Source: Squalus acanthias (taxonomy: Eukaryota). Taken from it: a stretch of DNA of 64,000 bases. The notes below the pieces were generated by a model that did no database searches, was not told where the DNA came from, and saw nothing but the letters and a program-made list of their open reading frames with translations. The number at the start of each line of letters is the position of its first letter. Position 1 is the first letter of the stretch. Location of the stretch: the NCBI GenBank assembly GCA_030390025.1, contig CM059432.1, forward strand, positions 39,930,001 to 39,994,000, in the 5' to 3' direction. This document shows, piece by piece, positions 1 to 13,200 of the stretch. Both the position numbers and the translations under genes were made by a program.

Positions 1-662
1 TGGGCCTAACTTTATCTCCGGCTGCTTCTCTAACTCTCTTAGTTAAAGTCTTTATTCACATGGTTATCTATAATTATATTAATTCGTTTCTCTAGTTATG
101 TTAGAGAGAATAAAACACTAATACTCACTCACCAATCACCTTCCTGCAGTCCTGTGACGTCACTCCTTGCTTTTGCTGTTCTTTTGGAATTCGCCGGCCC
201 TGCACTCTCTATCCTGTGCTGCAGCCTCTGCTGCCCATTCCTCTCCGGTCCGCTGTCCTCGGGCCCCGTGCTCTTTATCCTGTGCTGCAGCCTCTGCTGC
301 CCATTCCTCTCCGGTCCGCTGTCCTCGGGCCCTGCGCTCTCTATCCTGTGCTGCAGCCTCTGCTGCCCATTCCTCTCCGGTCCTCGGGCCCCGCACTCTT
401 TATCCTGTGCTGCAGCCTCTGCTGCCCATTCCTCTCCGGTCCTCGGGCCCCGCACTCTTTATCCTGTGCTGCAGCCTCTGCTGCCCATTCCTCTCCGGTC
501 CGCTGTCCTCGGGTCCCGTGCTATTTATCCTGTGCTGCAGCCTTTGCTGCCCATTCCTCTCCGGTCCTCGGGCCCGGTGCTCTCTATCCTGTGCTGCAGC
601 CTCTGCTGCCCATTCCTCTCCGGTCCGCTGTCCTCGGGCCCCGTGCTCTTTATCCTGTGCTG
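1..662 (-). mobile_element. Probable 5' UTR of a CR1 LINE running leftwards out of the window
   Basis: 120-140 (aatactcactcaccaatca) resembles the reverse complement of the CR1 5' UTR motif at 21795-21826 (tgattgggtgagta...ggtgagtatt), followed by a similar AT-rich tract; TGACGTCA at 154-161. Confidence 0.5.
197..662. repeat. GC-rich minisatellite, about 7 units of about 66 bp or 59 bp
   Basis: Unit tatcctgtgctgcagcctctgctgcccattcctctccggtc(cgctgtc)ctcgggccc...ctct; the 7-bp insert is present in some units only; explains the repetitive ORFs in all frames. Confidence 0.95.
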
Positions 663-689
663 AAGTGTAATCAGTCAAAAAAAAAATCA

Positions 690-2560
690 ACATGGAGATA
701 TTAGGAAGGGTGACTAAAAATCTTTGGCGTAAGGGGTCGGTTTTAAGCCCAAGGAAAGGAGGTGGAGAGGCAGAGAGATATGGGAGAGAATGCCAGAGCT
801 TAGGGCCCAGACTGCTGATGGAGCAAAGGGAATGGGGAATGCACAGGAGGCCAGAGTTGGAGGAACACAAAGTTCTTGGAAAGTTACATGCTCGAGAAAG
901 ATACAGTGATAGGGAGGGACGTGGCCATGATGGATTTGAATACAAGGATGAGAATTTTAAATCTGATGCACTGGGGGGCCAGAAGAAAATGCAGCAAGAC
1001 CTGGACGACATTCAGGCTTGGGCTGATAAGTGGCAAGTAACATTCGCGCCATACAAGTGCCAGGCAGTAATAATCTTCAACAAGCGAGAGTCTAACCACT
1101 GCCCCTTGACATTCAATGGCATTACCATCGCTGAATCCCCCACCATCAACATCCTGGGGGGTCACTATTGACCAGAAACATAACTGGACCAGCCACATAA
1201 ATACTGTGGCAACAACAGCAGGTCAGAGGTTGGATATTCTGTGGCGAGTGTCTCACCTCTTGACTCCCCAAAGCCTTTCCACCATCTACAAGGCAGAAGT
1301 CAGGAGTGTGATGGAATACTCTCCACTTGCCTGGATGAGTGCAGCTTCAACAACACTCAAGAAGCTCGACACCATCCAGGACAAAGCAACTCACTTGATT
1401 GGCACCCCATCCACCACCTTAAACATTCACTCCCTCCACCCTGGCGCACCGTGGCTGCAGTGTGTACCATCTACAAGATACACTACAGCAACACGCCAAG
1501 GCTTCTTCGGCAGCACCTCCCAAACCCGCGACCTCTACCATCTAGAATGACAAAGGCAGTAGGCACATGGGAACACCACCACCTTCAAGATCCCCTCCAA
1601 GTCACACACCATCCTGACTTGGAAATGCATCGCCGTTCCTTCATCATTGCTGGGTCAAAATCCTGGAACTCCCTCCCTAACAGTACTGTGGGAGTACCTT
1701 CACCACAAGGACTGCAGCGGTTCAAGAAGGCAGCTCACCACCACCTTCTGAAGGGCAATTAGGGATGGGCAATAAATGCTGGCCTTGCCAGCGACGCTCA
1801 CATCCCATGAACGAATATTAAAAAAAGTCAGCAAGCACAGGGGTGATGGATCTGTAGGACTTGTGCAGCGTAGGATATGGGCAGCAGACTTTTGGATGGG
1901 CTGAAGTTTATGGAGGTTGGAGATTGGAGGTCGGTCAGGAGAGCATTAGAATAGTCAAATCTAGAGGTGACAATGGTTGGATGAGAGTTTCAACAGCAGA
2001 TTTGCTGAGGTGGGGTGGAGATCAGGTTTGGTAGAGGAGAGGAAGGCCAAAAAGTGCTTGATGTGGTCCAGCCAGATCTAGCAATGGATGACTAAACCAA
2101 TTTTACACCAGATACGCTCAAGTCTGTGCCCCTTGGACTTGAGGGAGTGAAGATGGGGGCCAAACCATTGAGAACAACCAGGCTTGGAGAGAGTAAGGGT
2201 TTTGCTGTGGGCAAGGGCATTAAAGATGGAGGCGAGAGAGTAGCTAAGCAAATTGACAACTACAGAAATATCATGGCAACTGGAGGGGCAAAGGGAGTTT
2301 GAAAGTGAAGTTGTAAGTGACTTGGGGGAGAGTTCTTTCCAGGGGCACACATAAAAGGAAGTGGGTTTGGAAGGGGGTAGGAGGATGTGAGTGGTGAGGG
2401 ATACAAGGAAGTGGTCAGTGATGCCTTATCTGTGATCGAGATGATGGGAGTAGAAAGGCCACATGAGACTGTTAGGTCAAAGGGCTGGCCGTGAATATGG
2501 GTAGGAGAGTTTATATGGAGGGAGAGATTAAGGCAGGGCAGTGAAATCAGTGGACAGAGG
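690..2560 (-). mobile_element. Decayed L2 LINE fragments, interrupted by the LINE at 985-1827
   Basis: Minus-strand remnants FKILILVFKS (884-1198 ORF) and SPTHIHGQPFDL (EN-like, 2260-2733 ORF); similar to the L2 3' end at 26960-27640. Confidence 0.65.
985..1827 (+). mobile_element. 3' fragment of a CR1-group (L2B/Zenon-like) LINE, same family as 14054-17468
   Basis: RT C-terminus QQDLDDIQAWADKWQVTF...YKAEVRSVMEYSPLAWMSA...LDTIQDKA; 3' tail gggcaattagggatgggcaataaatgctgg...catcccatgaacgaat followed by an A tract. Confidence 0.9.
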
Positions 2561-2854
2561 GTAACATGAGCTCTGATGGAAATTGACATCACTGAGGCTG
2601 AGGAATCGCTGAGTGCAGAAGCTGAAGCAGGAAAGGAGGGGGGATATCTCGGCCAGCAGCTAACATCGCTGAGAGTGAAGTTACAACAAAAAAGTGACTG
2701 CAGTGCACAGGTATGTGTCAGCCTCCATCCCAAGCTTTATAGAAATAGAGCTGTCACCATTTGGGAAAAGCTAGAAGTGATTTTTTTTTTGTGATGAACA
2801 ATCTGTGTCACTCTTATGCCTTAATTTTAATCTCAAAACTTTCATACAAAGAAA

Positions 2855-3179
2855 CTATTTCCTCTGGTGGGGGAATCAAGAACAAGGGCATATAATCTTT
2901 AAATTAAAGCTGGGCCATTCAGGAGCAAAATCAGGAATCACTTCTTCACACAAAGGGTCGTAGAAATTTGGAACTCTCTCTCCCAAAAGGCAGTGGATGC
3001 TAGGACAATTAAAGCTTTCAAGACTGAGATAGATAGATTTTTGTTAGGTAAGGGTATCAAGGGATATGGAGCAAAGGTGGAAAAATGAAGTTGAGGTGCA
3101 GATCAGCCATGCTCTAATTGAATGGTGGAGCAGGCCCAACGGGTTGAATGGCCTATTCCTGTTCCTAATGTTCCTATGA
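2855..3179 (+). mobile_element. CR1 LINE 3' end
   Basis: FFTQRVVEIWNSL motif, conserved CR1 3' UTR and ttcctatg-type tail. Confidence 0.85.
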
Positions 3180-3519
3180 AACATCTGGAGTTGTTAGTTT
3201 TAAAAGTGGCAAATGTCAAATTAAGTTACATTTTTAAACCAAAATAATGATTGAATGTCAGTCATAATGAGCGATGCTTGGCTACTCTGGAGAAGAAACT
3301 GTACTCTGAAACCATGTTGTGGCATGCCTATTTTTTAATTAATGTACAATATACTTCAATCCTTCCAATCTGTTAAATAACTTCTGATGGTGATCCAGTG
3401 CACCCAAGTTTCTAGCACATTTTGTAGGTCTGATGTGTGTTGAGTTCATAGGAGGACCGAGAGAACTCAATCTCATTCATACATGAACACTTATTAAACA
3501 GTTTTTGAATCCAAATAAC

Positions 3520-4240
3520 CACAATGGGGGGGAAAGGGATGTTAGAGGGCAAAGGGGCCAAGGCCAGATTTTATGCAAAAGGGGACACAGAAGGAGGATT
3601 TTCAGATGGAACAGAGGGGTGGGGACAAGGGTATTGTTAGTTGGGGAAGGGGCATGTTCATGTTAGGAGGCCGGGTGGGAGAAGGAAGCATTGAAAGCAG
3701 AGGAGAGTTTAGGGGATGAGTGTGATCTTAAAAGTAAAAAAGTAATAGGGATGAGGAGGAGGGCAAATAGGAGGAGAGGAATATTTTAGGGAGTGATGCA
3801 GAGAGGGAAATTAGGGGCCATAAGCAGCTGTCAGGGTGGCCAAAGGTTATGAGGAAGTGAGGGTCCACACTGGCATAATAAGGGGGCATAGGCAGATATT
3901 AGGGAGGTGGAGGGCGATTTTGGGCATCAGAAGCAAAGGAAGCCAAAATGATGGGCAGTAGGGGCGAGTGCATGTTAGGGACATAGAGACAGAGATGTTA
4001 CAGGGGTCAAGGGGCCAGGGGGGTGGTTAGGAGAAGTGTCAGATTTTAGGGTGCGAGGGGCAGAGGTGGATATTAGCTGATGAGGAGCCATGTGCACTTT
4101 AGAGGCACAGGCAGATGTTAGGGAGGTAGATGCATAGAGATAGTAGGGGGATAAATTTGGTTTTAGAAGGAAAATCAATGGGCTGATGAGGGGGAATGGA
4201 GCAGAGCGGGATGGTCGGGGATTAATGGGGGTGGTGTGGT
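3520..4240. repeat. G/A-rich low-complexity tract
   Basis: Strong purine bias with many GGG runs and no recognisable coding signal. Confidence 0.5.
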
Positions 4241-4480
4241 TTTTTTTTTATTCGTTCACGGGATGTGAGCATTGCTGGAAAAGCCAGCATTTATTGCCCA
4301 ACCCTAATTGCACTTGAGAAGGTGGTGGTGAGCCACCTTCTTGATCTGCTGCAGTCCATGTGGTGAAGGTAATCCCATAGTGCTATTAGGGAGGAACGAC
4401 AATATATTTCCAAGTCAGGATGGTGTGTGACTTGGAGGGGAAATTGCAGGTGGTGGTTCCCATGTGCCTACTGCCTTTGT
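4240..4480 (-). mobile_element. Internally deleted 3' tail of the same CR1-group LINE family
   Basis: Reverse complement of the 1560-1827 tail, preceded by poly-T on +. Confidence 0.8.
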
Positions 4481-4589
4481 AGGTAGGCAACAACAGAGTA
4501 ATGGGAAGAGGAGGATAGAGGGAATAACAGAAGGATAAAGTGGGCCAAGTACACCAAGTGATATGAGACTCGGGTAGCAGACATGCAGC

Positions 4590-4914
4590 AAGGTGGTTAA
4601 AGCTCCCTGCTTTTCACCTCCTCCAGCCCTACAATCTCCTCTCAACTCTTCATTCCTCTGATTGGGCTCTTGTCCATCCCCACCCCTCCCTTCACCACCA
4701 TTGGCAGCCGTAGCTTCAGCCTTTGTAAATCCCATCACCTCGCCACCTCCCTCACCTTCTTTAAAATCCTTCTTAAAACCCACCACTTTGATCGAACATT
4801 TGTTTACCCCTCTGAATATCTCCTTCTTTGGATGGTGTCCATTTTTGGGGGGATTACGCCTTTGTGAAACACCTTGGGACATTAAAGGCGCTATATAAAT
4901 AACAGTTGTTGCTG
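4590..4914 (+). mobile_element. L2 LINE 3' end
   Basis: accattggcagccg...ttcagc, cttaaaaccc..tttga, tgtgaa.cacttggga...aaaggcgctatataaat...gttgttg tail. Confidence 0.8.
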
Positions 4915-4919
4915 ATTTT

Positions 4920-5810
4920 CAGTACCAGAAAATGAGACTCTCTTGGCCATCATGCTAGCCTTCACCATGCGCCTGAAAGCAAAGAAGAAAATAAAAATAG
5001 ACAGGAGCAGAAGATGGCACAGAGAGAGACCAAAGGTGCGATGAGTGAGAACAGAGTACAGAAGTGATGTGATGCTCTGGGAGTCTTTGTCAACACTAGC
5101 CCCCAGAGCCAAGATGGCAGACCTCTGAGCTTCCATGGCAACACTGTGAGCTGCCATGTAAGCTGTCAGAGCTGTCAGCTTGGTGGGAACCACTGTCATG
5201 TCCATGGAAATGACCATTCAGTCCGAGTTGGACAGAATGATTTCCATGCTCTGCGTGAAGCCTTGACACAAATTGGAGCTGGACTCCTCTGTGCTCTGAG
5301 CCAAATGTACACAAGGGGACTCTTGTGAGTAGTGAGGCTGGAAGTGGTGGAGATGTAAGAGGGCCGTATTCTTACATTGACAACTCTGGTGAGGGTATTA
5401 AACTTATTTGAGCATTGTAGCCATGTTCTAGGAGCTACGCTCCTGACATTGACCTCCTCAGCGATCTCTTCCCACTGGCGGTGGTGATATTGCCTGGAGG
5501 GCTTTCTGCCTCCTAGGGGAAACTGGATCACCCTCCTCCTGTCCACCACCTGGACCAGGGCCTCCAATGCAACCAGAGAACCTGAGTGCCCTTGCCTGGA
5601 CCTCTTGCAGCCATTTTCTTCAGTCTGGGAAGTTTCCTGTTGTCTGAGTGCACCTTCCCTTTAAAAGGTGCTGGATGTCTCTACATGGCGTCAGAGATGC
5701 CTGATTTACTTCGACGTACCACCCACCACCCGCACCCCCCCCCCCCCCCCCCCACCCCCCACCCCAACTAGGCATAAAGCCAAAGAATAGCCCGAGTAGT
5801 GCTGGCTGCA
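4920..5810 (-). mobile_element. Decayed Harbinger fragment with Myb/SANT-like exon
   Basis: ORF 5196-5567 ALVQVVDRRR..FP.GGRKP...WEEIAEEVN.RSVAPRTWLQC..KFN.LTRVV is homologous to exon 1 of the Myb gene at 50436. Confidence 0.8.
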
Positions 5811-6204
5811 CATCTACATAATTTTAATGTGGTCCCAGCATGGTCCCAGGGACCATGTGAATATGCACGTGCAGCGTGTGTCGCCCCCCTGAGCACCTGT
5901 TACAATGGGTTTTAAAAACATTTAAAACGGTTTGAGGAAAGTAATGGATTTTCCTATGGGAATACCCTTGTTTTTGTGTCATGAGGAGAAGAATGATGAG
6001 AATATGTAGAAGGTTGCCCAGGTCAAAAAACCAGGATAGATGTAGCATGGCCAATTACCAACCTCTCAGCCTCCTCACAATCATCAGTAAAGTGATTGAA
6101 GAAGTCATCAATAGTGTCATCAAGTGACACCCACTCACCAATAACCTGTTCACCAACACTCAGTTCAGATTCCACCAGACCTTTACAGCATTGATCAGGA
6201 TGTG

Positions 6205-9200
6205 GTAACAAGAGCTGACTGCCAGATAGAAATTAACAGGTTTGATCTAATAGCCATTACGGAGATGTGGTTGCAAAATGGCCAAGGTTGGGAACTAAAT
6301 ATTCCAGGATACTTAACTTTTAGAAGAGATAGGCAAAATGGAAAAGGAGGAGCGGTAGCCCTCATAATAAAGGATGGGATAAAGACAGTAGAGAGAAAGA
6401 ATCTTAGCTCCGAAAATCAAGAAGTAGAATCAGTTTGGGTGGAGCTACGAAACAGCAAGGGGCAGAAAACATTGGTGGGAGTTGTTTATAGGCCCCCAAA
6501 CAGTAGTTGTAATGTAGGGCAGAGTATAACTTCACAACATAGCTGTAGTATCAATCATTGGTCAAAAAACAGACCTTGTCATGATTTCAGTGCCATAGTG
6601 ACCAACTTTATACATTATTGACTAGTTTCATTGTATCACGTAAAAATTTGAAGTTAATTACAACCTACTGTTGAGTGGTTAAAAAATTACGTGTAACAAG
6701 GGTAATACAGTAATCATTGGGGACTTTAATCTACATATAGACTGGGCAAACCAAATTTGCAGTAATAGTGTGGAAGATGCATTCATGGAATGTATGCAAG
6801 ACAGTTTTCTAGATCAGTATGTTGAGGAACCAACTAGGGAACAGGCTATTTTAGATCTAGTATTATGCAACAAGAAAGGGTTAATTAATAACCTTGTAGT
6901 AAAGGGGTCCTTAGGGAAGAGTGGCCATAATATGATAGAATTTTATATTAAGTTTGAAAGTGATTTCGTTAAATCCGAAACTAGGGTCTTAAATCTAAAC
7001 AAAGCAAACTACGTAGGTATGAGGGGTGAGTTGGCTAAGGTAGATTGGGAAACTACATTAAAAGGTATGATGGTAGACAAGCAATGGCTAGCATTTAAAG
7101 AATTAATACATAATTTTCAACAAATATACATTCCTCTAAGGCACAAAAACCCCACAGGAAAAGTGGTCCAACCATGGCTAACAAGAGAAGTTAAAGATAG
7201 TATTAGATCAAAGGAAGAAGCTTATGATGTTGCCAAAAAGAGTAGTAAGCCTGAGGATTGGGAGGATTTTAGAATTCAGCAAAGGAGGATGAAGAAATTG
7301 ATAAAGAAAGGGAAAATTGAATATAAGAGTAAACTAGCGAAAGACATAAAAATAGATTGTAAAAGCTTCTATAGGTAAGTAAAAAGGAAAAGATTAGCGA
7401 AAGTAAATGTGGGTCCCTTACAGGCTGAGACATGAGAAGTTATAATGGGAAATAAGGAAATGGCAGAGAAATGAAACAAATACTTTGGGGGCATTTTTCT
7501 GACATCAGAGGAGGCGGGTTTGGAGGCGGGAAAGGCGGGAAAATCAGATTCAAAGAGGTCGGGTTCGGAACCCGCCTCCAACCCGCCTCCATGGGATTTT
7601 ACCGGTTTCAGGTTTGGAGGTTGAGAAACGCTCCTGCCTCCAGCTGGCCATTGCGCTATTTAACATCCTTAAATGCTCTTTCAGGGCCTCTCTAAGCCTA
7701 TTTTGAGAGGCCCTCGTGATTTTTCGAGCTTTTCGGTGTGATCCACGCAACTCCTAAACCATGGCAGGTAAACCTGGCGGGTTGACTCGTGGGTGGCCTC
7801 CTCACTGCTGCAGGTCTAACAAGACATCGTTTATTGCAGCAAGGATTACTTGCAGGTGCCAGACCTTGGCTTTAAAAGGTCTCTGAGCACTTTTAGAAGG
7901 CCTTCCAAAGTCGGAGGTGCTGCAGCTTGACTCCATCAACTGTGGGACCTCCTTGGAAGACCCTCTTCCCGCTTGCAATGAGCGCTTCCCCAAAGGAGGC
8001 ATCTACAAGCAGCATGGGAACCATTCGTTTTCTTTCTGCATGGACCTCAGATGAGGATGAGGAGGAGGAGGAGGAGGAGGATCTCGAGGAGGAGGAGGAG
8101 GAGGTCAGAGCCCGGGATGCAAGGGATGAACTTATCATGGCCAGATTTGCATAGGTTGCCCAAGTTGGCACATGTCCTTTGCTCCATCCTAGGACATCAT
8201 TGACAATGGACTCTCTGGCCTCCTTTCACTCAGGCCACCAACCTGACAACGCAAGTGTGGCGGTGCCCGCAATGTGGAGCTGCCTAAGGCAAAAGAACAG
8301 ATGGCATAACGCCAACATTTTGGTTTCAAATCATTTTAATGCTTTCCAACAGGGATGGCATTTCATCAATACACAGAAACAGTCTCCCAATCTGCACACA
8401 GATCTGGAGGTTATATCCCTTGCCAGCTGTACCCACACAGCCTTGGTTTCTTTGGCAGGCCTCTTCCTCCGAGATGAGTGGAAGAGCACCTCCATGCTAG
8501 CTGTCACCCCCTCCAACAACATTTGCAGCTCCTCAGCAGAGAGCCTCGGGTAGGCCATTGCCTTGGAATTGGACATAGTGATTTCTCAAAAGATGTTGGA
8601 GGTGGTGCAGGAGACACAGAAATGCTGTGGAATGAGCCAAGGGAGAAAGAAGCCATAAAATCAGACCTGGAAAAGTGCTGTCAACAGAGGCGAGTTTCAG
8701 TCTCAAAACACTAATTGAGAAAGGGCATCCCACACCTCTGAAATCAAGTGGCCAATCATGGGAAAATCGCAAATTTTTTAAACCTATCAGTGGAGGCGAG
8801 TTTCAAACCCACCCAAACTGAAACCCGCCTCCATCTCATATCCAGTGGGAAAATCGCCCCCAAGGTGTCTTTCTTCACGGAAGAAGACGCAATAAACTTC
8901 CCAGAAATAGTGGAGAACCAAGGTTCTAGCGAGAATGAGGAACTGAAAGAAATTAGTAAATTAGTATGGGGAATAAGGAAATGGCAAAGAAATTAAACAA
9001 AGGTAGCAAATGTAACCCCACTATTTAAGAAAGGAGGGAGAGAGAAAACGGGAAACTACAGACCAGTTAGCTTGACATCAGTAGTAGGGAAAATGCTAGA
9101 ATCTATTATTAAGGACTTGGTAACAGGGCACTTAGAAAATAATAATAGGATTGGGCAGAGTCAACATGGATTTATGAAAGGGAAATCGTGTTTAACAAAT

Positions 9201-9880
9201 CTGTTAGAGTTTTTTGAGGTTGTAACTAGCAGAATAGATAAGGGGGAACCAGTGGATGTGGTGTATTTGGATTTACAGAAGGCATTCGATAAGGTGCCAC
9301 ACAAGAGGTTATTAAACGAAATTAGGGCTCATGGGATTGGGGGTAATATACTAGCATGGATTGAGGATTGGTTAATGGACAGAAAAAAGAGTGTAGGAAT
9401 AAATTGGTCATTTTCGGGTTGGCAGGCTGTAACTAGTGGGGTACCGCAAGGATCAGTGTTTGGGCCTCAGCTATTCACAATCTACATCAATGATTTGGAT
9501 GAGGGGACCAAATGCAATATATCCAAGTTTGCTGATGATACAAAGCTGGGTGGGAATGTAAGCTGTGAGGAGGATGCAAAGAGGCTTCAAGGGGAAATAG
9601 ACAGGCTAAGTGAGTGGGCAAGAACATGGCAAATGGAATATAATGTGGAGAAATGTGAAAGTTATCCACTTAGGTAGGAAAAATAGAAAAGCAGTTTTTT
9701 TTAAATGGTGAGAGATTGGGAAATGTTGATCTTCAGAGGGACCTGAGTGTCCTTGTACACGAATCACTGAAAGTTAACATGCAGGTACAACAAGCAATTA
9801 GGAAAGCAAATGGTATGTTGGCCTTTATTCCAAGAGGATTTGAGTATAAGCATAAAGACATCTTACTGCAATTATATAGG
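6205..9880 (+). mobile_element. Decayed CR1 LINE ORF2 (APE endonuclease plus RT), interrupted by insertions at about 6530-6690 and 7487-8861
   Basis: DLIAITEMWL, GVVYRPPN, GDFN, ILDLVL, QHGFMKGKSCLTNLLEF, YLDLQKAFDKVPH, GVPQGSV, KFADD. Confidence 0.92.
7487..8861. mobile_element. Non-autonomous Harbinger inserted into CR1
   Basis: Ends GGGGGCATTTTTC / GAAAATCGCCCCC; Myb remnant on - (8331-8576, PRLSAEELQMLLEGV...VWVQLA); deleted transposase on + (7927-8154); CR1 sequence resumes after it; no clean TSD. Confidence 0.85.
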
Positions 9881-9965
9881 GCTGCCTTTGACATCAAGGC
9901 AGGATTTGACTGAGTATGGCACCAAAGAGCTTTAGCAAAACTGAAGTCAATGGGGGTCAAAGCGA

Positions 9966-10268
9966 AAATCCTCCCAGCATCTACCCTGTCAAGCCCTGTA
10001 AGAATGTTGTATGTTTCAATGAGATCACCTCTCATTCTTCTAAACTCTAGAGAATATAGGCCTAGTCTACTCAATCTCTCCTCATAGGAAAATCCCCCCA
10101 TCCCAGGAACCAGTCTGGTGAAACTTTGTTGCACTCCCTCTATGGCAAGTATATCCTTCCTTAGGTAAGGAGACCAAAACTTTACACAATACTCCAGGTG
10201 TGGTCTCACCAGGGCCCTATATAGTTGGAGTAAGGTGTCTTTATACTGAAATCCTCTTGTAATAAAGG
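9966..10268 (-). mobile_element. Inverted CR1 RT C-terminal fragment
   Basis: LLQLYRALVRPHLEYCVKFWSPYLRKDI...RMRGDLIETY. Confidence 0.85.
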
Positions 10269-10289
10269 ACACAATGGATGAACAAAGAC

Positions 10290-13200
10290 TGAAGGGAAAA
10301 TTTAAGGATAAGGAAAGAGACATACACTAAGTACAAGGATAGCAGGGGAGAGCAAGACAAGGGATAATACAAAGCGACTGGGAGAGAAGTCAAAAAAAGC
10401 AATTAGGAAGGCAAAGAATGGCAGAAATATTAAATAATTATTTTGCTTAAGTATTTACCAGGAAGACAGATCAGGTGGACATGACATCAGGAGATAAGAT
10501 TAGAAATTATGTAACCACATTTAAAATAAAAGGAGGTGAAACATTAAATAAACTAATCAAACTCAAAGAGGATAAATCCCGGCTGTTGTGCTGAAGACTT
10601 GTGCTCCAGAACTAGCCGTACCTCTAACCAAGCAGTTGCAGTACAGCTACAACACTGAGATCTACCCGACAATGTGGAAAACTGTCGTGGTATGTCCTCT
10701 CCACAAAAAGTAGGACAAATACAAATCCAGCCAATTACCGCCCCATCAGTCTACTCTCAATCATCAGCAAAGTGATGTTGACAGTGCTATCAAGCAGCAC
10801 TTACTCACCAATAACCGGCTCACCAATGCTCAGTTTGGATTATTCGGCTCCAGATCTCATTACAGCCTTGGTCCAAACATGGACAAAAGAGCTGAATGCC
10901 AGAGATGAGGTGAGAGTGCCTGCCCTTGACATCAAGGCAGCATTTGACCGAGTGTGGCATCAAGGAACCCGAGTAAATTGAAATCAATGGGAATCAGGGG
11001 GATAACTCTCCACTTGCTGGAGTCATACCTAGCACAAAGGAAGATGGTTGTGGTTGTTGGAGGTTAATCATCTCAGCCACAGGACATTGCTGCAGGAGTT
11101 CCTCAGGGCAGTGTCCTAGGCCCAACCATCTTCAGCTGCTTCATCAATGACCTTCCCTCCATCATAAGGTCAGAAGTGGGATGTTGGCTGATGATTGCAC
11201 AGTGTTCAGTTCCATTCGCAACTTCTCAGATAATGAAGCAGTCCATGCCCGCATGCAGCAAGACCTGGACGGCATTCAGGCTTGGGCTGATAAGTGGCAA
11301 GTAACATTCGCGCCATACAAGTGCCAGGCAATGACCATCTCCAACCATCCCTTGACATTAAATGGCATTACCAGCGCCGAATCTCCCACCATCAAAATTC
11401 TGGGGGTCACCATTGATCAGAAACTTAACTAGACCAGCCACATAAATACTGTGGCTACAAAAGCTGGTCAGAGGCTAGGTATTCTGCGGCGAGTGTCTCA
11501 TCTCCTGACTCCCCAAAGCCTTTCCACCATCTACAAGGCGCAAGTCAGGAGTGTGATAGAATACTCTCCACTTGCCTGGATGAGTGCAGCTTCAACAACA
11601 CTCAAGAAGCTCGACACCATCCAGGACAAAGCAGCCTGCTTGATTGGCACCCCATCCACCACCTTAAACTTTCATTCCCTCCACCACCACGTACCGTGGC
11701 TGCAGTGTGTACCATCTACAAGATGCACTGCAGCAACTCGCCAAGGCTTCTTCGACAGCACCTCTCAAACCTGCGACCTCTACCATCTAGAAGGACAAGG
11801 GCAGCAGACGCATGGGAACACCATCACCACCAAGATCTCCTCCAAGTCACACACCATCCTGACTTGGAAATATATCATCGTTCCTTCATCGTCGCTGGGT
11901 CAAAATCCTGGAACTCCCTCCCGAACAGCGCTTAGAGAGTACCTTCACCACACGGACTGCAGCAGTTCAAGAAGACAGGACACCACCACCTTCTCAATGG
12001 CAATTAGGGATGGGCAATAAATGCTGGTCTTGCCAGCGACGCCCACATCCCATGAATGAATAAAAGAAAAAACTCCTGGTCCAGATGGATTGCATGATTA
12101 CATTTTAAAAGAATCTAGCGAAGAGATCGCAGAGGCTCTCTGACACATAATTAATAATTTGTTCAAAAAAATTGTAATGCCAGAGGACTGGCGGATAGCT
12201 AACGTTAAACCTATATTTAAGAACATGTCCAGGGAACTATAGGCCAGTCAGCTTAATATCGGTAGTGGGAAAAATAATGGAATCCCTATCAAAGGAGAAA
12301 ATAGAAAAGCATCTAGAAACCAAAAATATAATAATGAATAGTCAACATGGAATTCAAAAGGGTACTTGACCAACCTCAGCGAATCATTTCAAGAAGCAAC
12401 AGAGAGAGTAGACCAGGGTAACGTAGTAAATGTAATATATCGAGATTTCAAAAAGTCCTTCGATAAGGTACCAAATAATAGACGAATGGAGTCAGGAGAC
12501 AAGTAGCAGAATGGATAGCTAGCTGGCTGCAAGACAGAAAGCAGAGAGTAGGGGTAAAGGGTAGCTATTTAGAGTGGCAAGAGATAGGAAGTGGGGTCCC
12601 ACAAGGATTAATGCTGGGCCCACTGTTGTTAACAATTTATATTAATGATTTAGACCTTGGAATTAAAAAAACAATTTCTAAATTTGCGGACGACACCAAA
12701 TTGGGAGGGATAGTAAACACTGAGGAGGACTGCAACAAATTACAAGAAGACATTAATAAAGTTGCAGAATAGGCATATAATTGGCAAATGAATTTCAACA
12801 CAGTTAAGTGTGAGGTATTACATTTTGGTAAGAAAAATAAGGAGGTCACATATTACTTGGAAAATAAGAATCTAAATGGGGCAGAGGAGCAAACGGATCT
12901 AGGAGTACAAACACACAAATCACCAGAAGTTGTGACACAGGTCAATAAGGCCATAACAAAAGCAAACCAAGCACTAGGATTTATTTCTAAAGGGATAGAA
13001 TTAAAAAGTAGAGACGTTATGCTAAACTTGTATCAAACCTTGGTTAGACCACACTTGGAGTACTGTGTACAATTCTGATTGCCATACTATAAAAAGGATA
13101 TGGAGGCACTGGAGAGGGTGCAAAAAAAGATTTACAAGCTTGATACCAGAACTGCGAGGTTATACCCATCAGGAAAGGATGAACAGAGAAGCTGAGGGTG

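Noticed and set aside
129..704. Cys/Pro-rich repetitive ORFs in several frames; superficially array-like
   Set aside because: They are translations of a minisatellite. There are no unique spacers, so it is not a CRISPR array, and nothing supports a protein.
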